A program made the translations under genes and the position numbers. A stretch of DNA of 62,462 nucleotides, filler included, from Sphacelaria rigidula (lineage: Eukaryota), in assembly GCA_964200075.2 (NCBI GenBank). It is 9 parts of 9 records of this genome, joined end to end, with 100 filler letters (N's around TTAATTAATTAA, not from the genome) between each part and the next. Parts side by side here need not be neighbours in the genome. Positions count along the whole stretch, not along the records: positions 34,760 to 41,610 come from CAXNAA020017765.1; positions 41,711 to 48,561 come from CAXNAA020017766.1; positions 48,662 to 55,512 come from CAXNAA020017767.1; 6 more parts are not named here. One strand, written 5' to 3'. The stretch's first letter is position 1. Each line of letters starts with the position of its first letter. A model generated the notes under the pieces. It did no database searches. It saw nothing but the letters and a program-made list of their open reading frames with translations, and was not told the origin of the DNA. This document shows, one piece after another, positions 37,795-52,587 of this stretch.

Positions 37795-38240
37795 TTAGTG
37801 TAGTACCCTGTACTCCATATAATGGGGTAACGTTTTGGGCAGTTTTTCGAAAAGTTCTGCTTTTTTTTTTCAAATATTTTGAAAAAACGACACAGTTTTC
37901 TGTCACAGAAATCCAATGCCGAATCTGGAATGGCCTGAAACAACAGCCAATTTGAATATTGGAATGTACAGTAGGTTCTAATAAGTTCCAATAACATTGT
38001 AGGACTTCCGTCTTATGTTCAGTGTAGTACTCTGTACTACTATATGTACTGTAAGACTTCGGTATTAACGATGGGGATTCAAGTATGTGGGAGAGGGGTC
38101 ACGTTTTGGGCAGGTTCTTGAAAATTTCTGGTTGGTTTTGAAAACATATTCTGAAAAAAACGGAACACTCTTCTGTCACAGAAATCCAATGCCGAATTTG
38201 AAAATGGCCTGAGACAACAACCAATTGGAAAATTGGAAAA
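37795..38240 (+). repeat. Diverged direct duplication
   Basis: ACGTTTTGGGCAG...TTCTGTCACAGAAATCCAATGCCGAAT...ATGGCCTGA.ACAACA.CCAATT at about 37829-37965 and 38101-38240. Confidence 0.8.
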
Positions 38241-41200
38241 TCAATGTCACATGAGAAAAGGCTCAAGACAACACCATTGTTCACGCTGAAAATTGGAATT
38301 TCGGGTGGGGAGTGCAATCCTCAGGACAGTGTGATCGTTTTTTTGTTGTGACTTTTTTATTGATACAAACAGTTGTTCGAAAAATCCAAACGCGGTAACG
38401 CTGTGTCTTGATTCAAGCATGTATAGTAAAGCATATCGTGAAATTTCACATGCACGCGTCTTGATATGACGGAAGTAGTGTATCTGACATCTTAGCTCAG
38501 GGTTAAGAGCACGTTGAGCACCTTGTCGTACCCTCTGATGAGTACTATACACGCCCGCTCTTAACCGAGTAATTCGTACATGAAACATTCACATGTCTCG
38601 ACCAAACTGATTCTGAAGGAGGCGTGTTGCGAAACATTCGAACCCTGCATGTCCACGTCGCCGACACGAGAGGGAGCAGCACCAACTGTGGAAAAAAGGG
38701 TTGTGAAATGGCAGGTCCACGTCTAAAAGGGTGCGACAGGCCTGTGATGAACGTCGCACAGTGTGTCAGTGAGTCAACCAAATACAGAAAATATTGGTTC
38801 AACATGACTTTTCATTGCTTCGTCCGGAAAGTCAACGATATATTTACGGTAATGGTTGACGTTGCCGACCTCCCCTTCTTCACCCAATGCACCCCGTTCT
38901 CGTCACCCGCCACTCCCACACGCACATGCATGCACACACGACGTTTCCCTAGTTATGCCGGGGATCTCAATAACTATGCAGAGATGAGGATGATAAGGTA
39001 GGGTAGGATATAACGTACGCATGGGTACTCTCGTATACTGACTATTGGACATGACGAATTTCCAGGTACTACAGGATTCTCACTGGTTTTGGCAGTCGAT
39101 ACCCTGCGTACTCTGGGGTACTCAAAACTCCCGACAAACGCAGGGCGCCTCAGGGTACGCACCCCACCCCAAGCGTCGTTAAAAAAATGTCCATCCTCGA
39201 CCCAAACAAGTCAGATTGACACGGCAGCTCCGGCGCAATGACCAAGCAAACTTAGCGACCGACCCCAATGCGCTACCTTCTACACTCTCTGTGCGCATAT
39301 CGCACAGTAGGCCTGTTGGCCATCGCCGACATGATCACTACGGACGTCACGCACGCCAATCAACACGTACTGCAAAATTACTGCAGACAACAATATCATA
39401 CGACAACGGGAAATCCGCTCGGGTTATCTTCACATACGAAGACTATTAATAAAACAAAAACCTCAGTCCAGGACCAACAGACACGAGATCCTCCCAAACT
39501 GCGCTCCGAGGCACGGGCGCTTGTTCGAAAATACATAAACCGACAGACATAACGCATAAATCGATCCCCCTTGCCTTATCCACCACCCATCATCGCCTCC
39601 CACAGTACGTACTTAGTTGCACAATCACATATGTCACCCGTAGAGGAAAAACAGATCGATGGCATACGAGGTGCACATCCGCCCGTGGCACCATCTGCGG
39701 CACAGGAAACAGTTGCCTAAAAAGATTCCCTAACGAAATAGAAGCAGCTAGCAACTAGGTGCTACTACTGCAGCCATTACCAATGTTCATGGCACACACA
39801 ATTGCCTTCGACCAAAAAACGCACGCACCAATAAATGTTATTACCTCTGACACACCACTGGATCAAATGCCGATGACTAAGTACTTCCCCACACATTCTC
39901 TGTTTCTAGGCTTTTCTTTTTGTCTTGGTTAGATTTGGTCAACCATGACCTAAAGATCACGTTTAATCGTTTTCACTACCCACGGGCTGTACTAATCTCC
40001 TGACCAACTTTTGAAAACGGCAAGGGGCCCATTTTCGGCCAGAAAAAAACAAAAACGCTTTCGGAGGAACTGCTATCCCAGTAAGCATCAAAATTCGCCA
40101 ACTCGCAATTAATTCATCATCTTTCAGGAGATACCAAACAAAACCTTCGATCGATCGGAAACATATCGCAAAATTCGATCCATCAGAAAAACCTTTGTTC
40201 TTCTGGACCATATAAACTCTCGGTATTTATTTTGTAAACGTTGCTTCAGACGTGCAAAATCCGACCGATACAGAAAACAAAAATTCCCCATCCGAGTGAC
40301 GCCAATCACGGTCAAGAGAAACTCTTCTCATCAAGAGGTGACGTCTTAGTTCATGGATCGTACCACCCATCGATTGGAGAGTTGAGATCAATCAGATTCC
40401 TCCGCCAAAGAAGTTATAAATAAATAGCCAACAGAAAAATTTGGACCTTCATTCTCAATAGAGTACATACGCGTATACCGGTAGGCACTGCCGTACGGAA
40501 AGGGGAATAAAACACCGGAACCATGTGCTGATTACAATTGTACAAGACACAGATAATGCCACGAGACAAGAATAAACAACACATGGAAACTATGTACATA
40601 ATACGTGCATAAAAAATGTAGCAACATCCACACATCCCTTTGAATATCGTAATTTACACAGACCGCAGCGCGCACGACTCGGGTGCCACACCAATCATGT
40701 ACTGTACTGCGCTGTACTGTACTCAGATGGTGACGCTGTCCAAAACGCCAAAATCGCGAGATGAAATTTGAAAAAAACAACAACTCCTAATTGCACGTCA
40801 TCCGTCTCAAGTACGAGACAGTCTGGTGGCTTCTTTACGCCATTCTGCACCCTTTGTTCCAGTGGGAAACACTTCCATTGAAGCGGGACTACTTGACACC
40901 CGACCGGGCTTTTTCCTCTCCGCCCTTCATGAGGGGAAAATGCCTTCAAAGTGACACAACCGAAAACAGAGAACAATGCCAGTGTGCACCACGAGACACC
41001 GTCGGCCACAGGCGCGAAACAAAACACATGAGGGGAGGGTGGGAACATCAACGACGGCAAGTGAGGTGAAATCAAAGGGACATACGCGAGGGGGCATCGT
41101 GGGGGGCTGTGCCGTGTGCATATATATCCACCGTGGGCAAACGGGTGCGCACCCTATCCCAAGATATCATATGGTTACTTTCGACAAAAACGACGGCAGG

Positions 41201-41610
41201 CAACCGTAGGCAAAATGCTGCGTTCGTCGTCCGATACCGGAAACATAATGATAATAAAAAAACATCAACAGTTTCGCACCATGCACATTGAGCGGTGACC
41301 TCACCTCCACTCCTCATAGCCGTAACCCTTGGGATTCAGCTGCAACACGCAGTGCATGGGAATCTTCAAATGAGGGCACTGGGAAGGCTCCACGCCGGTG
41401 AGATATCTTCGCCGATCAACGGAAGCAGCGCGCGTAGATTGGACAACACGGGACGTACGAAGGCGTGAGAGGGGGGTAGGGTTAGGTAGGGGTAGGGGGT
41501 GTACTCATGATCATGCATGCCATAGTCATAAGAACATTGACCTTGCATCCCTACAAAGCCGGGAGGGAGCAGGCCGGGTTTTCGCCGGAGCAGGCGTTCA
41601 CTCAAACCGC

Positions 41611-41710
41611 NNNNNNNNNNNNNNNNNNNNNNNNNNNNNNNNNNNNNNNNNNNNTTAATTAATTAANNNNNNNNNNNNNNNNNNNNNNNNNNNNNNNNNN
41701 NNNNNNNNNN
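41611..41710. other. Artificial contig linker
   Basis: 44N-TTAATTAATTAA-44N. Confidence 0.98.
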
Positions 41711-41738
41711 GGAGTGGAGGGGCGGGTGCGTGTGGTGG

Positions 41739-41770
<32 letters not shown>

Positions 41771-43396
41771 CGTAACACCACACACATAGTCTTGCCCACG
41801 CAGGCGGACGATCGATTTCACGCTTGACGTAGATGGAGAGAGGAAACAGCAAAGAAGCATAGGAAGGTGGTTCGATAACACATGGCCATTGTATCTTTTG
41901 CTGTCTGTCAATTCTCCCCTCCATTGTGTCATCATCTCCTCTCATTCCCTCTTCATCCCTCGATGTATGCCGTATGTAGAGCGTGTATTGCTGTACAGAT
42001 TTCGACGGGACCGACAAAATAATGTCAATTGTTTGTTCCCTTTCTGGTTTCAGGTTGATAAAGCAAAGCAAACCCCAGCCCGCCACGAAGACTGGCCTCT
42101 TCCCGATGCGTTTGCCGTCGCCTGACCTGTTAGCTTACTTGTAGTCCCTCTCATACACCTCCCCGCCCCCCCTTATCCTGAACGTCGCCCTTTTCGTCAT
42201 TCCACCACGTTGTCTTTTCCTCCTTCACAAAGTTTTCCATGGCATCGGGCTTCTCTGAATCAAGATTTCTTCATTCACTCATGGTGCAAATTCTTCATTG
42301 GACGCCGCCCTAGTGGGAGATAAACCGTTGGGCTTTGTGTTGTTGTACATCAAATACAGTTTAGCCAACCTTCTTCTATGTTCAGTAGCGTGATGGGTCG
42401 ATTCAGTCTCTCACCTTACTTCACATCAAAGGACCTTGTGGCACGAGTTGTACCCGGTTCAAGTTTCATGATTTACAAACACCAATTCCAGCAACGACCT
42501 CCTCGACAATCTTGGTTCAACTATATCTGATTCACTGATTCACAGTTCACGTGACGGGCTTACCCCCTCGAGTAGCTTGACTATCCTACAGTTTTGGTTC
42601 AATTATTTTTCCTCTGCTTTTTGTGATCAAGTCATTCACATTGATAGGTTTGAGTATGTTCCACCTGTAACTGGGAACGTCACGATTGGTTTGCCAGTAC
42701 TTGGTCAGTATGAAATGCGGACACCATCAATCCTTAGGAGATTGATGGATCCATGGGGTGCAAAAATACAACGCCGTACTGTACTTCAGCTAGATTCAGC
42801 ATTTTGCCGAAATGAACACACGGTATAGTATGAGAGACAGCCCGACGATCCATGTTGCGACCGGCTGAAACGAGGACGTCACGGCTCCTATATTACGGTG
42901 CTTGACCCGCGAGGAAGACAGAGGACCCTCAAAAATAGACAGCACCGTCCCAGGCGCGTGCTCCATTAGAGCACACGACAGGACGCAGTATACGAGGCGA
43001 AGATGAACAACACTTTGATACCCCAATTGTTGGCGAAAGCAGAGAGAAGAGATAACAGATGACAGAGAGGCATCAGAGGGGGAGAAGGGGGGGGGCAGGG
43101 GGACGCCGTTCTGTCCACTCACATGGTACGAAGAGCTTCGACATACGTCCCATGTCCCCAGTGCGGAAGCATCTGCCCCTCTGTTATCTGTACCAACATG
43201 CCGCCGCTATATATTTCGAAGATAGGACGGGTGAAGATTCAAGTTCCAAGAGACAGGCATAAACACGATGATGTACCTCATCTTCAAGGTGGCTCGCTCG
43301 AACTGCTTCGCGTCAAAAGCACTAGCACAGATGTGACAACCAGTAATTGCGGCGCACATTCTGAATGCTGTATGCTCTCTTTTTCTGTCGCTGCAG

Positions 43397-43477
43397 GTGC
43401 TATCATTGTGGGTGGAGGCGGCCTCATCATCGATGATAACGCGACGTTTGCTAACAACACTGCTGGGTATTCGGGAG
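43397..43477 (+). CDS. Single exon encoding one polymorphic outer membrane protein (POMP/Pmp)-type beta-helix repeat
   Basis: ctctttttctgtcgctgcag|GTGCT...GGAG|gtgaga; 81 nt, phase 1-1. Encodes (G)AIIVGGGGLIIDDNATFANNTAGYSG(G), i.e. the GAI...FxxNxA..GG motif. Confidence 0.75.
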
Positions 43478-46400
43478 GTGAGACTCGTTGCGGGCCTAGT
43501 ATGCATAAACAACAGAGGGCAATTCGTTCGTTGATGGCAAAGATGTGGTAGTGCTGACCGCTATCGTGGAAGCTGCTCATTGTAAATTGTGAGCTGCTTT
43601 GGCGAAAATGTAACGAGCACGTCGTCGAATCATCCGTACACGACGAGACCACGCCCTGAACGGCAAGGGACTCGTTCTTCCACCGTTGATTGATCGATGG
43701 TCGGAAGGCCACTACCGATAGGCTCCAAAGTCTATGTATCGCTGTAGACACGTAAATGCGTCGATTTCTGTGCGCTGTTCTGGGAAGGTTGGTCATATTT
43801 CCGTTTCATACTCCCGCGAAATGCGTTCGAGACTTGTTCGCTTGGTCGGACTGAAGTGCCGTGCAGGCTCTGAACCGATTTGAAGATTTTTGGAGGTACA
43901 ATCCGTTGGTGTCTCGTCGAGGGAATGTCTTGACTAGATCGAACTCAATACATTCACACGGATTCAGCCATGCGACGGTTGTTGGAGTTATCGTTTGCCC
44001 TACATATCTTTAATGCCACAGAAAAGGCCAACAAGGCATCACAACACCTACACACCGAGTCCAAAACAACAGGCAGGTACCCACCATCTCTGCGCCTTTG
44101 CTTTATCGCCAGCCCACATGAATCTTCACACGGAACGCTTCGTTTGGCGGGCGTACGTCCAGTATTGGAGGAGATGCGTGCGCATGCACAACATGAAATT
44201 GCAGCCGGACACGTGCCAATACTGACCGTTTGTGTGCGTATGATGCGCGCGTGTCTCACCCAAATAATTGTTTCTCATTGCACTGTAAAACAATTTGAGG
44301 AAGGTCACCCACAACGTGCTCAGCCGGGGACAAACTACGGCCCGAGCTGTGTCTTGTTGGTTAGCGGGGGCAGTGAGCTCCTCCAGTGCACCTATGGTCA
44401 TGTTGCGTTCTGTATGAACTCTTCAAATCTTCCCCCCTAAGAACAAACTATATGCTCCCGTTCAAGATGGACACAAACTCCTCTATGCGGAAGGCATGTC
44501 GGGAGTTTTCGTTACTCCCTGATTTTCCTTTTTCGAAGGGGAATTTTGGGGAACATCGTTCCGGGGAGTGATATCTCCGCGACCAATCACAGGCGGATTG
44601 TTCCAAGAGGTTTTGTTGTAGATAGATAATCCCCTTTGATCAGGACTCGTCCAAGCAACACTTCGTGGTCCTGCCACAAGCATGCGGATCATGTATGTTG
44701 TACCTCTAAATGGCAATGGAATCATCCGGAAAAACCTGACCTGTGGTGATAGTCAATGCTTGAGCAACATCGCATGAAGTGCCTGTTGACACCGACGATA
44801 CACTTTCTGGTGGAGGGATAGTGCACTGTTTTTTCTGGGGCTTTTTTGTCGGAGTCTTTCGATGACAAATGTTCAGGCCTTAGTGTGCAGCCTCGAATAA
44901 GGTTTTCATTGAAACGTGCACTCCTGCCGTGGCAATACTCCAGGATGGAAATAGTCGAGAGAGTGGGGAAAGCTGGGTCAACATGGCAACTGATACCCTC
45001 CTGCCTTGTCCTGCGGATTGTTAACTTCGTCGTTGGTGGGCGTGTGATATTTCCTGGTTGTGCGTTTATACCTACTTCAGTGCGCCCTTGGACTTCATCG
45101 TTCCTTAATATCCTTCTGTCTTTCTCTCTCTTCATCTCTCTCTTTGTCTCTCTTTGCCTCCCTCTGTCTCTCTCCTTACTCTCTCCATGTGTATGTGTGT
45201 GTGTGGTCCTTTCTCTCAACGTGTGCAAGTCTCAGTTTGGCACCTCGCTCCCGTAGGGTCCATCAGTGAGAGCCCCTGTCGAATATTGTGTGACTGAAAA
45301 TGATGAGCTGCAATCGGCTCCTCCCGTCTTGTTTTATTCATTTGGGGATGAGTACAGGCATAATTTCCTTTCTTTTCTTGTGTTCGTTCGTTTCTTCTTC
45401 TCAGTCAAATTCGATTTGTTCGTTGGTGCTAAACTTCTGCATTGTTTGCCTTAACGAGTGTTAACCGTTATGTTAACCTTAGGGACGACTGTCGTTTGAC
45501 CTTATGGCAACGGCCGGGTTACTCGTCGACCACTTGATCTATGAGGTAACGCTTCATGCTTTCGACCTGTGTTCGAAAACGTAGGTGGACGCATGAAAAC
45601 GCTATTCCTTGGGTGTGTGGTAGTTAGCGCTTCATATGGTTCAGTGGTAGAACATACAGCTTGGAGTAATACCTCACCAGTAGGTGGGGTTGTTCAACTC
45701 CAGTTATTGGTTGGTTTGGGCATACCATCGGCTGAGGTCGTTTTTTCCCGGGGGCAGCGGTGGCGTGGCACGAAACGGGGAATCATTGAGTTGGAAAACC
45801 ACAAGAGTGAAGACGGCATCTGGGACGCTGCTCTTGTGCTCCCTTGTCATATCATACGTGCAGTACAGTCTGGTTCGACGTCAGAATTTGTATATGTGAA
45901 GAGACATGGAGAATCTGGGAAATGATTTCTCGATATTTCGAAGAATGAGAATATTAACGACGCGTCTTTGGCAACCGTCATCCACTGATCGCGTACATCG
46001 AAGTGTGAAGCACCGAACTTCTCTATTTTGAGTGTAAGGAAAGCATCCTTTGTCTATCCCAACCGTCAAAATGCAGGAAACGGTGACTCGGAACAGTTCC
46101 GTCGATTGCACCCCCACGTGAAAAACCGCTTGAGGAGCAGCTGAGATTCCAACATGTCCGGACCGCATTAAACCCATACAGGTGAAATGTAGTACATGCA
46201 TCGCGCTTCGCCGTAACCTCTTGTCGATGCGGAGTTCGTGTCACGTAGTTTGAATACGAGACCACAAAGGGAAGCAAAATAGCGGGAGGGGGAGTTCTCC
46301 AAGATTGCGCTACCCCTCATTGCTTTTTGATGCCATGATTGGTGGCTCTTGCAAGGGATACCTGTGAATCAGGAGACGATCCATAGATTGCTTCGAACGC

Positions 46401-47229
46401 GACTTTATGCGACTTTCCATTTTTTGATGAACATATCACATGAAATTACTTCAAGAACATGGAGAGTTCAAATGGAGACTAGGGGGATATCTCATCTATC
46501 ATTCGCCTAGCGTACCTCCGCTCCATATTCTCAGCAGTACAAGCGTATCTGCTTTTTCCATACTTTATCCGAGTCAATAATTATCACTTCCAGATGATGT
46601 TTCACGATACACGCCCGGGCTGAAAAGGAAGAACCTGTCACTCTTCTCTTTCACTCCACAATAGCAGGCCAGAAGTCGTCCCGGCGCCCAACGAGTCAAG
46701 TCATATCTATATCCAACGGTTCTCGAGAACCCCGCATTCCAGAGTCTACCGATACTACTTACCGCCGCCATGGACAACAATCCAGTGTTTTTTCTTCGCA
46801 TCACGAACCACCGCTACCTAACCAGGCCGAGACACCCATCGGGCAACGGGGGCGCCGACCGGCGTGTGCTTGCTGGTAAATCGGATAGATGTAGCTTGCG
46901 ATCAAACCAGCATGTAATCGCCATGCAACCCCATCTTTTACCCTATGTTTAGATTAGTCTGACGGTATACAATGGGGGAAGCAGCCCTGCAATCGTTTTG
47001 CCATGTAGCCAGGTTATCCTCGCAACACCGTGTATCAGCACAGCGCGTTCATGGTGCCTCCCGATCATAACACGCACCGCACAGACAGCACAGTAGCTTT
47101 TTCATAGTATCGGTTGAGTGGCTCTACAGTTGCCATGGTATGAAACGCAGTGTTGCAAGCGACATCATGGGTGAACGAATCATTTGTACTGCTAATAACG
47201 CAGGATAAATTGACAAGAAAGAGGAGGAC

Positions 47230-47465
47230 TTTCCAACAGCCACTGCTGCCCAGATCCCATTCACTGTATACTGTACTGCCAGTGTAAGGGATTTTTACCG
47301 CAGAGGCTGTTTGAATAAAATCCTCGTTGGGCCCAGCGACACACGCGTCCATTCGGTAACCCTCGAAGATCCTCGAGTGGATTTTCCAAACATCTCCCTC
47401 CTTCCCGTACGTTTTGGAACTCCCCACTAATAGATCTCGGGTATTCGCAATCCTCTAGAGGATTG
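47230..47465. repeat. Composite dispersed repeat shared with 58655-59150
   Basis: CACGCG.CCATTCGG...GTGGATTTTC.AAAC.TCTCCC...GTTTTGGAA.TCCCCACT...ATCCTCTAGAGG and the GCAGAGGCTGTT.GAA blocks occur in both places. Confidence 0.7.
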
Positions 47466-48561
47466 TCTCTATTAGGGTCTTCCTTCAGCGACTGTGCCAA
47501 TATCGAAATCTTCTGCATTGCTTCTGAAGGCACCCATGCTATGATACTCCGAGATTTGAACAACCTTAATCTGCTGTTTGAAATCAATCATTTTTGCTCA
47601 ACATCGATTTGCCAATTTAATTAAAACTGAACATATAATACTTATTTCGAACAGGAGAGGGTGTTTATGTCCTCACATACCAGCATATGAGATGTGAACA
47701 GCGGAGGGTGCTCTTCAATTCTCATTTTGCCCGCCAATTTATCCCGAAATTGGGCATAAAAAGGACTTCCCAACAGCCTCTGCTTTCAAAAACTTTTATA
47801 TACACTGTTATGAATGCGCCTGACCCCCCAAGATGGGCAAACAAAGTGTCACCGACGATCAACTCGAAGAGCCCGCAGATCTTGTCCATCCCCCGATGAT
47901 GCACGCCTTAAGTAACCTCAAGTACTTGTCATTTGAGTGGGGGTTCCACTTCACGTTTCCTCATTTTTCTCGTTCCTAACTACGAACCACGGCGTGCCTC
48001 GGCTACTCACCGGCGTGCATTTGTCCAACCTGCACTCTGACATAATTGTGTCACCAAAAAATAATGGTGATCGAGAAAATCGAAACAATATATATATATA
48101 TATATATATGTTTTCCAACTTGAATCGTTACAAAACTTGGATCCTGGTGAGATGAGCAAATTCGTCCCGTCAAGTTGTAGATGACGTTTTGGCGCAGATG
48201 ATGCAAGAAATCGTATCCCAAGCGACGGCCTTGGCGATGTATATTTGGGGAACCGGTTTGGGCTATGAGCGCGAACAAGCGCCTTCAACCCTCGCCAGTT
48301 TCCACGATACGCGAAAACCTCACCCCTGCCCAACGGCCTCAGGAAACATTACGCCCATGAATGACTCTTGATAGTGTAGGTGGTTGTTACATCGGATGTA
48401 TGCAATGTTCGACATGTGTTGAATTTGAACCTTCGATGGATCCCCTCATAGGCTGTGCCTGCGAGACATGTACTACCCCCGTCTCTTGCTTGAGGACCGA
48501 CGCCCGGATGGGTGGGGTGACTCGTGTACAGAGTCGAGCTAGGGGACATTGTAGGAGGTTT

Positions 48562-48661
48562 NNNNNNNNNNNNNNNNNNNNNNNNNNNNNNNNNNNNNNN
48601 NNNNNTTAATTAATTAANNNNNNNNNNNNNNNNNNNNNNNNNNNNNNNNNNNNNNNNNNNN
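48562..48661. other. Artificial contig linker
   Basis: 44N-TTAATTAATTAA-44N. Confidence 0.98.
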
Positions 48662-51600
48662 CTTCGCGCTAGGTGGTTTGATTGCGAGCCTAGTCCGGCG
48701 AAAACCCGGCGTGTTCTATCCAGGCTTTGTAGGGGTGCGAGGCCAATGGTCTTACGACTATGGCATGCAAGATCATGAGTACCCCCCCCTCGCCCCCCCG
48801 CCCCCGCCGCCCAACACTGGTAGGCGCAGGTAGATATCGGGATCGCAGTGGGACTTACGTCATCCGTCTCACACTGCAACCAAATATTTCCAAGAACATA
48901 TCAAAACTAGCTATAATTGCGTGGTATCCCACACTACACACGCCCGATGGCTACGACTCTGAGTCGTGGGGCTCTCAGTCGTTCAACTAAACATTTTCGT
49001 CTTCCGCATTAAGTCGTAGGAGTCAGCTCTCAGTCGCCATCATTCCTGAATTCAGTCGAAGGAGTCGACTAGTAGTCGTCGCTGTTCCCTAAACTTCGTG
49101 GTACACGTCGACCTTACTCGTCACTATTTCTCAATTTTGTCGTACGAGTCGACTATCGTAGGGGTCAAATATGAGCGGCTGCCATTTTTGAGATTCAGCC
49201 ATAGGATTCGACTTTGAGTCGGTGCCATTTTGGAATCAAGTCGTAGAAGTCGACTCAGAATTGCCTCCACGGTCAAGATACCCTGTCGTTTGTGGGTTGT
49301 CACACACGCACGACAGAGCAGAACATTTCTTGCCTATCCCAGATACTATTTATGCTGTTTGATCTAGAAGACGTCATGTTCTGAGTGAACAGGTACTGCG
49401 CCAACGTTTGCGAAATTTTTTCTGAACTGTCAAAATATCTGACAAAGTGTGGGAAAACGTTTTGGACACCCAGAACACCAGCACACCCTTGAGAAATTTG
49501 TTCTGAACTTGAACATATATTACAACGTTTCGAACTTCCCATCGGATCTGATTCTGCTCCATTCAACCGCTGGAAATGAAGCAAGGGTGCCCTGTGACTC
49601 ATGTCCTCGACGGTGTTTCACCCGGCCATTGAAACCCTGTTGCTTATGTTCTTGTGCCGACGTGGCACGTGCATACTCCCAGATTGTTATAAAAATCTGT
49701 CGGATTTCAATACGCACGCGCATATATATATATATACTGTTTCTCTGCCGCACGTGTGTACCTACTCGTATTTGAGAAACACAACGTGGTACGAAGCTGT
49801 TATCGACTGAAACTACAGTAATATGCTGCAGTAGTGAAGGTTCTGTGCCCCGTAATACCGAGGAAGTTGGGCCCCGAAATATTTGTTGTGGGTTACATGT
49901 ACCTCACTCAGGTCCTCGTGCTTGCTTCATGTCTGCATTACGTATGTTCTAAACTCACAGATATCCACCCGACAACGTTCGAAAGGATTGTTTCGAACTG
50001 ACGGAATTGACGGAATACCTGTATGAAGAAGCTGTTCTGGATTGAACGGGCATTTTGCGCATGTCGGTCACATATCATTCAGGAAAATCCTATGTATGTC
50101 TGTCATATTTGTTGTACAAAAATATATACTCCACGCATGTTATGCACCCATGTTCTCAAATAAGAGATGCTCTACGTTATGTTCCGTCGTACTTGTCGTT
50201 CGTACCAGCTAGCCCATAGCTTCCTGGCAGGTGGTCAATAGCTGTAGGAGAAAAGTATTGCTGTTACAGATGAAAGCAGGCATACCTGGAGGAGGGCGGA
50301 AACCTGAATTATAGGGAGGACTGCCGATGTAGCTCTTGCGTGGCATTACCTCACGACTTCGCACTTTTTCGCAGACGGATCTGACTTCGCCTGAAACGGC
50401 CGTTCTTTCCCACCTTTACCTCAACGAGCGGTCTGGCAAAGGTACAACGCTTCAGAACGCTATACCGCCGCATTGTGCGCCAGAACTGTCGAGCTGACAC
50501 CGCTTGGGCTCCCATGTCGGTTTACTGTGCGACAGAGGCTGCTCCAGCTGTTGCGTTGGAGCTCGAGCTGTCGACGGACATGGATGTCTTGACAGTCATA
50601 TATTAAAGAAGAGCTGGATTTTACATTAAGATGGAATCGCCGTTTTCAATCTTGTCTAACATAGCTGTCAACTCACCAGAATCCGTCCAACATTACATGT
50701 AAGTGCCTGGCGCCATCGTTCGGGCGAATATGGTATCATCTAAGAAAAATCTTCAGCAGCCAAGATACGCGAATCTCGTGCTCGAAATACAGACAAACGG
50801 AGGCCCTCGATCAACTATAGAAATTCGAAGGTGACGTGAGCATTTCGGTGACAGCTTCTGTGCTTCGGATTGAACATTTTTCACTCGAATGGTGGTTGTG
50901 GCCGCCCTCACGAAGTACTGGGCTTGATTCCGTGATGTGGAGGAATTACGAGACACTTTAATTACGAAGGCTTCGAAAGATCTTCAATGCGGCCGCATTC
51001 GTGCATTGGTATCAAGAGCCCACAAGTTCACATTTGGCATAACTTGACCAATAGTGGCTTGTTTGAATTCAAAAGGTTGGGACTACTGATCCAGTTGTTA
51101 TTGTACATGTGCCTCACATTGTCATTATCTAGTTGCCCCACATTGTCATTGTCCATTTTCCCCACAATGCTACTGGAATTTGTCATTGAAAGGGTTGTTT
51201 TTACCAACGCTGAACGACCGAAAACATTTTACCGAGATACAGTTCCTTGTTTGAATCTTGAGAAGCGGCTTAACTCAACCGTGTCAGAGTGGTGGGCGAC
51301 GAACACGGCCAAACGCTGCGTCGTAGCTTGACGTGCGGCTGAAGCCCACAGCACGTCCATGCTCTACACAAAAAAACGGCGACATTTGGTGATGTCGGGC
51401 ACATACCCCCTCCATACGACTGCAGGTACCGCCTTCGGCATGACCTACCGATGGATCTAGAGGCGGTCATTTTCCACACGATAGACGTACCCAAGGTAAA
51501 CTACACGAAAACAATCGCTGAAGAAAAATGAAGAAAACAGGAAGGTAGTACAGACACACAGATTTGACAGACAAAATAACGCATACGGTTGGAAGGCACA

Positions 51601-52587
51601 GAAATTAGGGCCCGCATCCCAAACTGTCGACTGAAATTTCGAGCCGTCGTGGACGGACGAATTCTTTTACGTCCAGCGTGACACTAAGGTTGTCGACGCG
51701 TCTGCACTACTATTTCGTTATTATTTGTTTCCAATCATTCGCCCGATATCTCGAATCCGTTGCAGAAGTGATACCTCTTTTCGACTTGATGAAGGAATTG
51801 GCGCATTTCGTCTTCTATAAATTGTATGATTACGGTCGCCACGGTACGACACTGGTGGGAACGCCCATCCACTCGACTTCGTTCGTACCGATAGAATCAT
51901 GATGTAGTAGTGCCGCCCCTCCTGTAGCGTATATGCTGCATTGGCTCAAGGCGCAACATATCCAGTGGTGTTCCACGTGCCGACGTGTCGGCAGAGCGTT
52001 ACTTTCACATGGTTGGCACAGCAAATGCACACCTGAAGGCGTCGGCTGCTCAACCCAGAGAATACACGGTGCGGACCAACGTTGCATAGGCAAGAACAAA
52101 AGAGATAGGAACTGCCTGTCACATGTATCACCTTCTCTCCTTCGACGGCGGATACCTCGCTACACACGGTATGTTGGACGCCCACAGTATTGGAGATCCT
52201 TCTCTACCCCTGACGAAGAAGAATCCCACCTTGGCTTCCTGGACGCCTGAGGAAAACTTGAAGAAAAATTCCATATTTTTCATCATATAGCAAAGAGTAT
52301 TCTGTCCTCTGCTCGACACTGCTCTGCGGGAACACATGTGGGATTCAGGAACCCCTGGTAGAGGTTTAGGCGGATGCAGAGGTTTAGGTGGATGCAGATC
52401 TCGAAGCAGCCGTCAGTCATGTCAAAAGGGATAAGCTCATTCAGCTCACGTGATTAATTGTGTTAGTTGGGCGGGCTATGGGTGCCCAGTGTTACGCTTC
52501 AAAAGGAGACAGCAACGGCAACCAATAGTTTCAGTGAAGGATTTCGTGGTGCGATGTAATTGGCCGATGTCGTCCGTATTCTGTTAG

